DNA from: Chiloscyllium plagiosum
Lineage: Eukaryota
Length of the DNA stretch: 64,000 nt
Reading direction: 5' to 3'
NCBI RefSeq assembly: GCF_004010195.1
Contig: NC_057749.1
Span: forward strand, 7,027,416 to 7,091,415
The notes below the pieces were generated by a model. That model made no database searches. It was not told where the DNA came from and was given only the letters and a program-made list of their open reading frames with translations. The position numbers were made by a program, and so were the translations under genes. Position 1 is the stretch's first letter. Each line of letters starts with the position of its first letter. Below, in pieces: positions 1 to 12,396 of the stretch.

Positions 1-372
1 GTAGATCACAAACAGCAGAGTCCGAGCACTGTTCCCTGTGGAACACCACTAGTTGCAACCCCCCCATTCTGAAAAGCATCCTTCCACCGCTACCCTCTGT
101 GTCCTGTGACTAAGCCAGCTCTGTGACCATCTTGCCAGATTACCCCGATACCATGTGACTTTACATTTTGTACCAGTCTGCCATGAGTGACCTTGTCAAA
201 GGCTTTACTGAAGTCCATGCTGACAACATCAACTGCTTTTCCCTGAATCATCTTCATTGCTGCCTCAAAAAGCTCAATCAAGTTAGTCAGGCACAACCTA
301 CCTTGCGCAAAACCATGCTGTGTATCACTAATCAGTCCATTTGCTTCTCAATGTGTATAAATCTTGTCCCTT
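1..372 (-). mobile_element. CR1-clade LINE ORF2 (reverse transcriptase) fragment, degenerate
   Basis: ORF 90..296(-) reads CLTNLIELFE...GKAVDVVSMDFSKAFDKVTHGRLV..VKSHGI, the CR1 RT motif. Sequence near position 1 is the rc of the SGVPQGTVLGL motif. Confidence 0.9.
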
Positions 373-466
373 CAACAGAGAGCAGTGGAGGCAGCATTTT
401 GAATCATTTTTAAGAAAGAGACAGAGATTTTTAAGTAACAAGGCAGTGAGCAGTTGTAAGACAGAG

Positions 467-720
467 TGGCACAGTGGTTAGCAGTGCTGCCTCACAGTAC
501 CAGGGTGCTGAGTTTGATTTCCACCTTGGGTGACTGTCTGTGTGGAGTTTGCATATTCTCCCCATCTCTGTGAGATTTTTTTCTGGCTTCCTCCCACAGT
601 CCGAACATATGCAGGTTTGGCGGATTAGTCATGGGTAATGAAGGGGCGGGTGGGATGTTCCTTCGCAGGGACAGTGTGGATGTGATGGGCCAAATGGTGT
701 CTTTCGACACTGTTGGGGTT
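467..720 (+). mobile_element. HE1-type V-SINE, diverged
   Basis: tRNA-like head gtggcacagtggttagcagtgctgcctcacag, V-domain tgtgtggagtttgcatattctcccc, CR1-like tail. Confidence 0.85.
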
Positions 721-1323
721 CCAAAAGTTGAATTGAGGCCAGAACAGAGCAACCACCATTTTAATGATTGGTGGGATCGGCTTGAGGGACAGAATAGCCT
801 ATGTATGTTAATTGGCAATGCAATTTCAGGAAGTGTTGTTAAGTCCCTAGTTTGCATGTGCAAGGGTCTAATGCCCAGCATTTATAAACAAGGGAGGTGA
901 CACACATCCAGTGCAGAACTGCTGTGTGCAAGCCACAAAGCATGCTGGGTGCTCATGTGTCTCTGTACGCCTGTAAAATGGTCCATGAATCATTTCTCAG
1001 TTGAATCCTGTGAATTAATTTTCTCTTTATCGTTCAGGCAGGCAGTGTAGACATGTGTCAATTCCAAGTTGGACAAAGGGCAACCACATTGTCATTGGCC
1101 TGGAGTCATTTGTCAGCCAGACCATGGGTCTGGATGGGATGCTCTTCAGAGGGTCAGTGTGGACTCGATGGGCTGAATGGCCTGCTTCCACACTGTAGGG
1201 AATCTGTAATGCTCTGAGCGAAGCCCACGGCATTGTAAATCTCGGGGTTTCCGGTCTCCAATCCAGTATTCCATCAGGTCACCATCACAGTGCAAGGAAT
1301 GTAAGGAAAGAAAACAACCCAGG

Positions 1324-1608
1324 CCATAGTGAGGCTAGGGTTTAGGATGAAGAAAACATTGGCATAAATAAACATTCAAGTTGGCATGGTGGCTCAGTGG
1401 TTAGCACTGCTGCCTCACAGTGCCAGGGGCCCAGGTTTGATTCCTGCCTCAGGCGACTGTCTATGCCCATAGTGAGGCTAGGGTTTAGGATGAAGAAAAC
1501 ATTGGCATAAATAAACATTCAAGTTGGCACGGTGGCTCAGGGGTTAGCACTGCTGCCTCACAGTGCCAGGGGCCCAGGTTTGATTCCTGCCTCAGGCGAC
1601 TGTCTATG
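1324..1608 (+). repeat. Direct tandem duplication, 143-bp period (flank + HE1 5' head)
   Basis: 1324-1465 is repeated at 1467-1608 with 2 substitutions. Confidence 0.95.
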
Positions 1609-1788
1609 TGGAATTTGCATGTTCTCCCTGTGCCTGTGTGGGGTTCTTCCCACAATCCAAAGATGTGCAGGTTAAGTAAGTTGCCCATAGTCAGGGGTAA
1701 ATGTAGGCGAGCGGGTTACTCTTTGGAGGGTCGGTGTGGACGTTTTGGGCCAAAGGGCCTGTTTCCATAACTATAGATAATCTAAACT
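1526..1788 (+). mobile_element. HE1-type V-SINE
   Basis: Head ggcacggtggctcag, V-domain, tail gggcctgtttcc...taatctaa. Confidence 0.9.
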
Positions 1789-2029
1789 ATATTATAGTAC
1801 TAGTGGAATGCAAAGCTTCAGCATGGGTTTTCTAACTTATCTCTTTGCAGTTAAAATAAAGAACACTGTCACCTGCAAGGCTATGGACCAACTGCTGAAA
1901 AGTGGGATTAGAATGGCCGGCCACTTTAATAAACTGGTATAGACATGTTGGGCTGAGCGGCCTCTTTCTGAGCTCTCGTTTTTCTATTGATCAAAGTTGT
2001 CTGACTTCTGAGAAACAACTAGTGCTGGT

Positions 2030-2400
2030 ATTTATACATCACTTTTAATGTAAGGCACCTCACACAAGCAAGATTTGACACTGATCCACACAAGGTGATT
2101 TTTCGGACAGCTAGTCAAAATATTTGGCCAAAGAAGTCAGTTTTAAGGAACATCTCAAAGGAAGAAAAAGAAAGGCTGAGAAGTTTGCTGGGGATATACC
2201 AGAGCTTCGGACCTTGGTAACTGAAGGCACAGGTATAAATGGCAAAGTGATTTATACGAGAGATGCATGCATAAGACCAGAGGCAGAGGGACACCGGGGT
2301 CTTAAGGAATGGTAGCGCATAGGTGGCAGGGTGGAGGAGGAGAGGTTTGTGGGCTTGGGGAGTGTTTGCAGGGATAGGGAGGTCTAGAAAAGCAAAGATC
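2030..2400 (-). mobile_element. L2-clade LINE 3' remnant (old)
   Basis: rc reads ...AFSYQGPKLW..P..L.LS.S.SSF...LKT..F..., the L2/CR1 ORF2 C-terminus. Confidence 0.6.
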
Positions 2401-2635
2401 CACATTTCAAAATCGAAGATGTCATTTGATTATGATTTGATTTATTATTGTCACATGTATCGAAGTACAGTGAAAAGTTCTGTTTTGCAGGCAGAGCACG
2501 CAGGTCACATCATACAAAGTTCATGGAACAGAGACAAGGAATACAATGTCACGGCTGCAGAGAAGGTATACAGAGAGCAAGATCAACATTAGGTTTGAAA
2601 TGCGAGAGGTCCATTCAGAATCGATGAAGTGTAGA

Positions 2636-2767
2636 GCTGGAGAAAGGTCCTGACCTGAAACGTTGATTCTCCTGCTTCTCTGATGCTGCCTGACCTGCTG
2701 TGCTTTTTCCAGTTCCACACTTTATTGACTCTGAACTTTCCAGCATCTGCAGTCCTCACTGTCTCCC
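2636..2767 (+). mobile_element. Penelope-like pLTR end (family A-related) with degenerate hammerhead
   Basis: ctggagaaaggtcctgacctgaaacgttgattctcctgc...gatgctgcctgacctgctg...ccagcatctgcagtcctcactgtctcc, homologous to 42421-42519. Confidence 0.75.
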
Positions 2768-3602
2768 GGTTCACTCAGCGGGGAAGAAGCTGCTGTCATA
2801 TCTGTTGCTACGTGTGTTTAAACTTTAGTATCTTCTGCTTTATGGAAGAGGTTGGAAGAGACTATAACTGGGGTGAGAAGAGTCTTTGATGATATCGGCT
2901 GCCTTTCTGAAGCAGGGAGAAGTGTAGATGGAGTCAATTGATGAAAGTTTGGCTTGCGTGATGGACTAGGCTGTGTTCATAACTCTCTGCAGTTTCTTAC
3001 TGGAATGAGAAGTGGGTCAGTGAGCTCATTGGTGATGGGTGAAAGGGACACAATGCATTTAATTTGGAACACTGCACTCATCCTCTGAAAGCAAAGTTCT
3101 TTCCCTCACTGGTGCATTTGACTGACAGACAGATGCAAATTTGGTTTAATCTGCAATCTCACTTGCTTGTTCACAGAAAAAAGCAAACTCAACACTCCCT
3201 AACTTTTCAACTTATTACTCTGGAGGGAGAATTTTCAGTTGGACTAATTGTTAGACATTCCACACAGGGACATAAGACACAGTCTGTCTATCTCCTCTCT
3301 TGTCTTTACAAAGAGGCATCCTAAGCAAGTGTACGTGACTTATTTAATCTCTCCTTAAATCACAAGGATTTGGAGCCCTGATTAATAAAATTTAATTACA
3401 TTAGTTTGCTGCAGCTCAAGATCATTGAAAGTTAATTCATTTTTCTTCTCTGCAACTACACGGCTAAAGTGTTCCCCAGTGTGTACTCTGGGAGTCTGTG
3501 TCCACAAACATAGATGCTTCCCCGAATGAAAATTTTGGAAGACTTGAACGCAAAGAGAGGAGCATTTCTTGCTGCTTGTTGGAGCGTTACTTTCTTGAAT
3601 GC

Positions 3603-3798
3603 CATGATTTTGACATGCCGGTGTTGGACTGGGTTATACAAAGTTAAAAATCACACAACACCAGGTTTTGTCCAATAGGTTTATTTGGAAGTACTAGGTT
3701 TTGGAGCACTGCTCCTGATGAAGAAGCAGTGCTCCAAAAGCTAGTGCTTCCAAATAAACCTGTTGGACTATAATCTGGTGTTGTGTGATTTTTAACTT
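3603..3798. mobile_element. Fold-back mini-PLE, family B, with hammerhead-like core at 3715-3743
   Basis: Arms aagttaaaaatcacacaacaccagg... and ...ctggtgttgtgtgatttttaactt are reverse complements. The left arm has ~37 extra nt. Imperfect TSD cttgaatgc (3594-3602) / cttaaatgc (3796-3804). Confidence 0.75.
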
Positions 3799-4155
3799 AA
3801 ATGCAGTGAGTTGTGTGCGTGTGCGCGTGGGAGTCAGATCTGTCACAGGTGACTCCTTACTCCATTCCCTTCCAGTAAGCTCCCCAACCAGCTCCCATCT
3901 TCAAAACATTAGCGGCCAGGAAAACACCACTCTAGTCTGCTGATGCTGTTCCAACTTGTTCAAGAGAGAAGTCCCCATTTGAAAATGAGGTGGTAGTTGA
4001 GGTGTCATCCATTCCAGAGTGACCAATTACAGCAACCCAGTGCTGATTGCAAAGGGTGGAACAACAGGAACCCTTTTGGGGTTTCTTTCCCAGTGTTAGA
4101 ACTGTCCTGAAGTGAAGTTGATGCAAACAGGCAGCGAAGAGCCAATCTCTTAAAG

Positions 4156-4485
4156 GGTGGCACAGTGGCTCAGTGGTCAGCACTGCTGCCTCACAGGGCC
4201 AGGGACTTGGGCTTGATTCCAGTCACAGGTGGCTTTCTTTGTGGAGTTTGCATGTTCTCCCCATGTCTGCGTGGGTGTGCTCTGGTTTCCTCCCACAGTC
4301 CAAAGATGTGCAGGTTAGGTGAATTGGCCATGCTAAATTGCCCACAGTGTTCAGGGTGTATAGGTTTGGTGCCTTACTCGGGGAAAATATAGGGTAGGGG
4401 GAAAGGGTCTGGGTTATCCTTCAGAGGTTGATGTGGACTTGTTGGGCCGAAGGGCCTGTTTCCACACTGTAGGGATTCTATGATT
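4156..4485 (+). mobile_element. HE1-type V-SINE
   Basis: Full head, V-domain and tail gggcctgtttccacactgtagggattctatga. Confidence 0.92.
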
Positions 4486-4536
4486 TCACTTCCAGCACTG
4501 AAAGAGGCCATTCAACTCCTAAGCTGACCTTCCAGA

Positions 4537-4690
4537 TCATAGATTTTTTGAACAGTAAAGGAATTAAGGATTATGGTGAGCGGGTGGGTAAGTGGAGCTG
4601 AGTCCAGGGAAAGATCAGCCATGATCTATTGAATGGCGGAGCAGGCTCTAAGGGCCAGATGGCCTACTCCTGCTCCTAGCTCTTATGTTC
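4537..4690 (+). mobile_element. CR1 LINE 3' UTR tail
   Basis: ...tcagccatgatctattgaatggcggagcaggctc...ggcctactcctgctcctagctcttatgttct. Confidence 0.8.
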
Positions 4691-5479
4691 TTTGCCCAGT
4701 CACATTATACATTCTTCCTATTCAAGCACCTCTTAAATACTTCAACTGACCCCTGCCTAACATATTTGCAGGCAGTGCATTCCAAGGATAGGTATATTTC
4801 AAGTAGAAATTAATGCAGGCCATTTGGCTCGGCTGGTTGGGGCTAGAGACTCTGCATGAGGCTCCCCATATCACTCTTCAACTCACAATATGAGCCCCAG
4901 CTTCCATCCCCTTCCATCTCTCATATGTTAATCCAGCTTCCCTTAAATCTATCTGTGCTTTTTGCTACTTCCTGTGAGATACCTGGAATTTTTGATTTTG
5001 AAATCTTCCGATGGGACTTGGGATGATATTCTGGTTTTACACCAGCCCTGTTTCAGTTACATGCTGAGACAAGAGCGCCAGACAGCTAGAGTCAGCGCTG
5101 AGATGGAGTATAAAGTATTCATGAGGTCTAGTGCTGTACCAGTTAATCTTTTTGCCAGCTGCTCGAACAGGCACTGGTACTTCAGCTCCCCGGAGAGCTT
5201 TCTTGTCAACCCAAAGCTCCACATCTACATCTTCTGCTCCCCAGAGCTAAAGGTACTGGCGCTGGGCTGCAGGGATACAGCGAGGGGACCAGTAGGGAGC
5301 CCTGCTCCAAATCTAGGTTCGTAGGAAGCTTCTCATTGCACTGTAAGTTCGGTGCTATCCCGTAGAACACAGTTACAACCGCAGCTTTGGTCTACTAAGA
5401 ACTATCACAATCTTTGTCAGGAATGAAATTTGCTTTCATTTTGGTCACAGCATTTGACTAACAATCAGAGGGTAATAGA

Positions 5480-5837
5480 GAGGGAAGGCAAGGGTCTAGA
5501 GGCATTACTGCCGTACTGTTAATGCAGAGACCCAAGTAATATTCTGGCGACTCATGTTCGAATTCTGCCACTGTAGATGGTGAAATGTGAATCCAATGAA
5601 AATCTGGAATTAGGAGTCTAATGATGACCCTGAATCCATTGTCAAATGTTGGGGAAAAAGTAAACATTCGGTTCACTACTGTCCTTTCGGGAAGGAAACT
5701 GCCATCCTTACCCAGTCTGGCCTACATGTGACTCCAGACACACAGCAATGTGGTTGACTCTAACTGCCCACTGGGTAATTAGGGATGGGCAATAATTGCT
5801 GGCCTGGCCAGCGACGCCCTCATCCCATTAAAAAAAT
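5480..5837 (+). mobile_element. tRNA-headed SINE family C (CR1-type tail)
   Basis: B-box-like gttcgaattc, body ctggcctacatgtgactccaga, tail ttagggatgggcaataa...gccagcgacgccctcatcccattaaaaaaa. About ten homologous copies in the window. Confidence 0.8.
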
Positions 5838-5989
5838 ACCTTGATTATTGCTGGAAAAAAAAACACATTTTGTTGAAGCTTTTCATCTTGCAGCCATCAG
5901 GATAATTTGCAAGAATATCAGTTCAAGAGGAAATACAACAACATTTACAATGCATGAGAGGAGCTACGTTAAACAAAATGGTGCTTTAA

Positions 5990-6140
5990 TCTTATCAGAC
6001 CATAGGACTGTTCTTTCATTACAGGGAGACGACTGGTGGTGGTTTAACCTGAGGATCAGTGCATCTCAGGTGAGGAAACGATTGAGAAGGAGAATCCTTC
6101 ATTGCAAAGCCCAGCTGTCCAGCCAACTGAGCCAACCAAC
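5990..6140 (-). mobile_element. tRNA-headed SINE family B, internally deleted
   Basis: rc starts gctcagttggctgga; body gactggtggtggtttaacctgagg is shared with 10720, 12400, 18390, 45010, 46270 and 57160. Confidence 0.7.
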
Positions 6141-6319
6141 CCACAAAGGAGCCACAATCATTACTACACAGTGCCCTGTTCTTTGCAGACAGAAATTGCG
6201 TACATGTATTGCATCTGTTTCAACATAACCAAATAAATGACAGCCATTTGCTGCTTCATTTCCCATGCCAACGCCCTGATCAATCAGAGTCAACCTGCCT
6301 TGCTGTCCTTTCAGAGATC

Positions 6320-6580
6320 AGTCAAGAGACAATCACATTGCTGTGGGTCTGGCGTCACATGTAGGTTCGAACAGGTAAGGACATTAATGAATCAGATGGG
6401 TTTATAATTACAATCGGCAATAGTCACTGTTACAAACACTGCCTTTCAATTACTGATTGCTTTAACTGGATTTAAATTCTAACAGTTGTCATGGCAGGAT
6501 TTGAACGCACATGCCCAGAGCACTGGCCTGGCTCTCTCGGATTGGTCGTCCAGTGATGTAACTATTATGTCATTGTATCA
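6320..6580 (-). mobile_element. SINE family C, diverged
   Basis: cacattgctgtgggtctggcgtcacatgtagg...atggcaggatttgaac, the rc of the 5480-5837 element. Confidence 0.75.
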
Positions 6581-7998
6581 TCAATCCTGCATCTGACAGA
6601 TCCCTAAGGTTCACATGTAGCTCCTTTTGTCCAGTGTATTCACTTGAACTTGACTGTCCTCACATCGGGTGTGCTATGTCTTTGAGCTGGTCCCTGAGAT
6701 TAACTGGTAAAACCTTATATCAATGCACCTTCCCAGTCCTCAATGCCAGTGCTGCAGATGAAGAGGTTAGAGCGCAGTGAAAGGTAAGTGGTTTTAACAG
6801 TGAATGACAGAAAAAGCATTGGATTTTCAGGGCCACACCACCCTTCACTGCCCTGATACAATTTAACTCCAATTAAAGCAATATGTTATTGAAAGCCAAT
6901 CTTTGTAATAATGACTATTGCCAATTGTCTCTTTCGCACCTCAAACTTATTCCTCCATTCCTTCAGACTCCTACCATCTCGAAGAGCAAAACTTAATTAA
7001 GTTCAGTTGATCGGGGATTGGGGAAGACGATACTAGATGCCAGTCTGATCTTGGCATGAAGAAGTGTTGCCTGGCATCAATCCTGAGCAACCATTGTCCT
7101 AATTTAATGGTTAATGCCCCTTTGTTTTGTACCAGATAAAACAGACTCTCTCTGGCTTTTATGAACATTTTTAATCATGATAAGCACCTCAGTTAGATCA
7201 CTGCTGAATCACCCACACTGAAGAGAAGGCAAACCTCATCTTTTACAAGATAAATAAAGGCCCTTTGGTCCATTGAGTCTGTGCCAGTCAAGAACAACTA
7301 CCTAATGTAATCCCATTTTCCAGCACTTGGTCCATAGCCTTGTGTACCCTGGTTATCACATGTGTACATCTGAACATTTCTGAAATATTATGAGGGTTTC
7401 TGCCTCTCCCACTCTTACAGGCAGCGAGTTCGAGATTCCTCTGGGTGAAAAAATTATTTTCCTTGCATCCCACCTAAAGCTCCACCCGTGACTTTAAATC
7501 CACAACCCATGGTCATTGATCTCTACCCCAAGAGGAATGGTTCCTTCCTGCCTGCTCAAGCTAAGCCATATTTACCCATCTACCCCATCCTGACCTAATA
7601 ACTGCACTCTTTTGTATTCTACTCCCTCTCTCTGGTCAATCACTGCTGCTACTTCCTTTGAGGCTAATGGGTTATCGCTTGGTGCAGTAGACAGGCTTCA
7701 ATGTACTCCTTTCTCTGAGGGAAGTGGGGTTCTAATACGTCTCGCTAATCGCTATGGTGTTTCTCTCAGGGGACGAGTACACGCCAGGTTTGCTCTGCAT
7801 TTTCTGTGGTCACTGAGACTTCACCCCAAGATGGAGTTACTGGTTTGAGCTGGAGCCACCTTCCGACTCTCAGTTCCTGTTGCTGCTGCTCCTGCAGGCA
7901 ATTTGCCCGTCTATTTTAAACAGTGTCAATACAACACGGGCAGGAATATAACATGGGCAGGTCAGCCGATGTTCGAAATATAGCTACATCTTCCAGAT

Positions 7999-8683
7999 TT
8001 ATGAAGCTATACAGCACGGAAACAGACTCTTCAGTCCAACTCGTCCATGCCGACCAGATATCCAAAACTGATCTAGTCCTGTTTGCCAGCATTTGGCCCT
8101 TATCCTTCTAAACTCTTCCTATTCATGTACCCATCCATATGCCTTTTAAATGTAATCATACCAGCCTCCACCACTTCCTCTGGCAGCTCATTCCATACAC
8201 ACACCACCCTCTGTGTGGAAAGGTTCCCCCCCCCAGGTCCCTTTTAAATCTGTCCCCTCTCAAATTAAACCTAGGCCCTCTAGTTTGGAATTCCCATATC
8301 CTGGGAAAAAGGCATTGGTTGTTCACCCTATCCATGCCCCTCATGATTTTATAAATGTCTATAAGGTCACCCCTCAGCCTTTGATGCTATAGGGAAAATA
8401 ACTACAGCCTATTCAGCCTTTCCCTACAACTCAAACCCTCCAATCCTGATAACATCGTTGTGAATTTTTCTGAACCCTCTCAAATTTAACAACACCTTTC
8501 AGAGCGCAGTGGAGGCTGGGGCATAGATTGATAAATTCTTGATCTCGCAAGGGATTAAGGGCTATGGGGAGAGTGCGGGTAAGTGGAGTTGAAATACCCA
8601 TCAGCCATGATTGAATGGCAGAGTGGACTCAATGGACTCCTATGTCTTATGATCTTATCTTTCCTATGGCAGGGAGACTAGGA
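7999..8683 (-). mobile_element. CR1 (HER1-like) LINE 3' end, interrupted by a + strand CR1 tail at 8501-8659
   Basis: ORF 8156..8344(-) MRGMDRVNNQCLFPR...TRG.RF..RG.RFK.DL.G is the CR1 ORF2 C-terminus. The nested piece is flanked by ctttc at 8496-8500 and 8660-8664. Confidence 0.88.
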
Positions 8684-8885
8684 TGATGAGATTGTCAACT
8701 AAATATGGATAGATAGGGTGGAATCATAGTATTTTTGTGAAAATGTTGGCCATTAGATGAATGCCAACGAAAACATTTGAAACATAATTAATTGTCTGGT
8801 GCTATCAATTCTTCGCAAAATCCACAGTTCACATGTTCTTGTGGAGGAGTGGTAGTGTCCCCACCTCTGAGCAGGAGCCAAGGTT

Positions 8886-9867
8886 AATGCCCTGTACAGC
8901 CGCAACATGACCTCCCAACTCCTGTACTCAATAAAGGAAAGCATACCAAACACCTTCTTCACTATCCTATCTACCTGTTACTCCACTTTCAAGGAGCTAT
9001 GAACCTGCACTCCAAGGTGTCTTTGTTCAGCAACACTCCCTAGGACCTTACCATTGAGTGTATAAGTCCTGCTAAGATTTGCTTTCCCAAAATGCAGCAC
9101 CTCACATTTATCTGAATTAAACTCCATCTGCCACTTCTCAGCCCATTGGCCCATCTGGTCCAGATCCTGTTGCAATCTGAGGTAACCCTCTTCGCTGTCC
9201 ACTACACCTCCAATTTTGGTGTCATCTGCAAACTTACTAACTGTACCTCTTATGCTNNNNNNNNNNTACTGCTCTGCCCTCATCAATCCTCTTTGTTACT
9301 TCATCAAAAAACTCAATCAAGTTTGAGAGACATGATTTCCCACGCACAACCATGTTGACTATCCCGAATCAGTCCTTGCCTTTCCAAATACATGTACATC
9401 CTGTCCCTCAGGATTCCCTCCAACAACTTGCCCACCACTGAGGTCAGGCTCACCGGTCTATAGTTCTCTGGCTTATCTTTACTGCCCCTCTTAAACAGTG
9501 GCACCACATTTGCCAACCTCTAGTCTTCCGGCAGCTCACCTGTAACTATCGATGATACAAATATCTCAGCAAGAGGCCCAGTAATCACTTCTCTAGCTTC
9601 CCACAGAGTTCTCAGGTACACCTGATCAGGTCCTGGGGATTTATCCACCTTTAACCGTTTCAAGACATCCAGCACTTCCTCCTCTGTAATCTGGACATTT
9701 TGCAAGATGTCACCATCTATTTCCCTACAGTCTATATCTTCCATATCCTTTCCCACAGTAAATACTGTTGCCAAATAGGACTAGATTGGGTTGGGATATC
9801 TGGTCGGCATGGACAGGTCGGACCGAAGGGTCTGTTTCCAAACTGTACATCTCCATGACTCTATGAC
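8886..9867 (-). mobile_element. Young CR1 LINE: ORF2 segment on - strand (8886-~9767) joined to a 3' UTR on + strand (~9768-9867)
   Basis: ORFs give KSPGPD, ANVVPLFKRGSKDKPENYRPVSLTSVVGKLLE and SKFADDTKIGGVVDSEEGYLRLQQDLD..WAEKWQMEFN..KCEVLHFG. The + strand tail is ...gaagggtctgtttcc...atgactctatga. Confidence 0.93.
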
Positions 9868-12059
9868 CTACTGTCCACCGGGTACGCAATACCGTCCGTC
9901 CCTCAATAGGTTGATTAGAAAATAAATACAAAAGGAAGGAGCACAATTCACAATGTTGTGCAAATTGAAGTGATGTTTGAAAAGATTTGTTGAAACCTTA
10001 AGCTCTAGAATTCTATCCTTAGATCTCTCTATTTTCCTTTAAAGGCTCCTAAATACCATAGACGAAGGTTTGCGCACCTGCCCTTATAGCTCTTTATGTG
10101 GCTCAGTGTTATATTTTGTCCGATAATACTCCTGTGAAGTATGCTTATTTACTTTGCTATAGGCGTCATAGAAATGCAATAATCCTGCCTGCAACTCAAC
10201 ACCAAGTGAAGATACACCAGCACAATAGCTGCTGTCTGTATAGTACCTGTAAAATGAAAAGCAAGTTGCCATTGAATACAATGGGCTAGAAAAGTGCAAG
10301 ATGCACTTAGGTTCAGGCCTGGCAGCTGGAACATTCCTGTTCTTTCACTGGCACGATGTTATGGGAACAATGCAAATTTGGCAAAGCGTTTCAGGGCTAT
10401 CAGGGTTTAATGTGAAGCAAAGTCTATAAACGGCAAGATGCAGCTACTTAGCTCGTGCAGTGTGCGGTGGAGCAGCTGCTCGGGTTAACCGTTAACTAAG
10501 GAACCAGATGGTGGCAGCGATCAATTTAACAGTCTCCCTTAGCTAAATCCCTTTCCTGATTTTCATTCCCTTTCCCATCACCTCTGCCTTGCAGCCAAAG
10601 CTCCCATGCACACCCTCCTCCTGAGAGAGAGAGTGTCCTGTCCTGTCCTGTCCACAATTGCGCCCTTCACCCCAGTCAGCAAAACATTAACCAAAAGTCT
10701 CCATCGTCCCAGAGGACCACGGGGCTGCTGTCTCTCATGGAGAGAGATGACTGGTGCTGAGAATAAACTGAGGGTGACCACGCCTCAGGCAAGGGGCAGC
10801 AGTGAAAGGTGAAAGTCAGATCCCATAGATGGAAAACTCGGAACAAAAAAGGAAATAAAACACACATTGGGACATGGGAGTTTCTCGATTATTTCATGTG
10901 AAAACTGTTCATTGATTTTTCTTTAAACAGGCATTATTTTTAAAAGCCTCTGAACTTAATGCACAGATGCTCAATATCTGAATGCAATTCAGACCCAAAA
11001 AGTCAGAGCCTAGAGATTAAAGAAATCAAGAGACAGGAAGGTACTGTAGAAAAATGACAGAGGTAGAAGATTAGCTATGTTCCTGTTGAATGGTAGAGCA
11101 GACGTGAGGGGCTGAATGGTCTACTTTCACTCCTATTCCTTGAGAACTGATACTTTTAGATCAACAAGTTCATCATAAAATTAAATTGTGCAGAGCCCAG
11201 GTGCAAACCTTCCATTTTCAAGGTTATTGCATTTCTGAATAAAGAGTGGATCAAATTTTCCCTCCAAAGGATGTTCTAGCTTGGAGCACTACAACAGCCT
11301 TCAGAACAAAGGGGTGCAGTGGCAAGATGGTCATGGTACTAAATATTCAAAGCCCTGGATTAAGATGCTGGAGATGTAAGTTCAAATCCCACTATGGAAT
11401 TCTAAATTTCATTTGATAAATCTGCAATTTGTAGAAGCAACTGGTATATGTCATCGAGACCTTATAACTAATGAACTGTTACTTAAAACCCATCTCGTTC
11501 ATGTGTGTCCTTTAAGGATGGAAGTGCCAAGACCATCAGGAACTGGAGTAGGCCGTTCAGCCCATCAAGTCTACCCAGCCATTCCTGGAGTTCATATCCA
11601 ATCTGATAATCCTCATCTCCACTTTCCTGCCTTTCCCCCTTGATTCCTGTCGTTGTTAAAGATCTGTCTATCTCAGCCTTGAATATAGTTATTGACATCT
11701 TTACCTGGGCTGAGCCAACACAGTGGGCAATCATGAAAAAGGTTGAGTAAGTCACTCATCTGTATTCAAAATGGCAACTCACCACCATCTCAAGCAGAAT
11801 TTGGGATAAACAATAAATGTTGGCCTTGCTATTGACACCCACATCCTACAAATGAATTTGCAAAGATTGCTCACCTGCAATATCACACAGCATTAGGAAT
11901 AACCTTTGATTCCCCCAAACTCAAAAGCTCTGAATGATTCTCCCACTTAAGTTGCTCAACAGGAGAGCTAACCCTCTTGAAAGGAATAGAATAATGTACT
12001 TGTAAAAGATCAGAAGAATGTGTTACATTTATAGTAGCAGTAGTGGTTAGGTGCTAGGA

Positions 12060-12365
12060 TGGGAGGTAATAGCTTAGTGGGATTGTCACTATTAATTCAG
12101 ATATCCTGGGGACCTGGGTTCAAATCCTATGAAGGTTGAGTTTGAATTAAAAAAAATGGAACCAAGAATAAACCATGTTCAATTGTCAGGAAAACCCCAT
12201 CTGTTTCTTTAATATCCTTAAGGGAAGGGAACTGACAAACTTATCTGGTCTGGCCAACATGTGACTCCAGCTCCACAGCAATGTGGTTGACTGTTAACTG
12301 CCCGCCAGGCAATAAATGTTAGCCTGACCAGCGATGCCCAAATCCCACAAAGGAATATATTAAAA
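12060..12365 (+). mobile_element. SINE family C
   Basis: ggggacctgggttcaaatcc head; tggtctggccaacatgtgactccag body; ggcaataaatg...gatgccca tail. Confidence 0.8.
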
Positions 12366-12396
12366 TAAAACAAATCAATGCCATCATCCCATGCCC

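Noticed and set aside
5037..5222. Faint resemblance of EYFILHL to M1 aminopeptidase N-terminal strands
   Set aside because: Too short, bounded by stops, and no other exons of such a gene are visible.
10500..10520. Possible CTCF site ccagatggtggcagc
   Set aside because: Two mismatches at core positions; not supportable without a matrix score or ChIP data.
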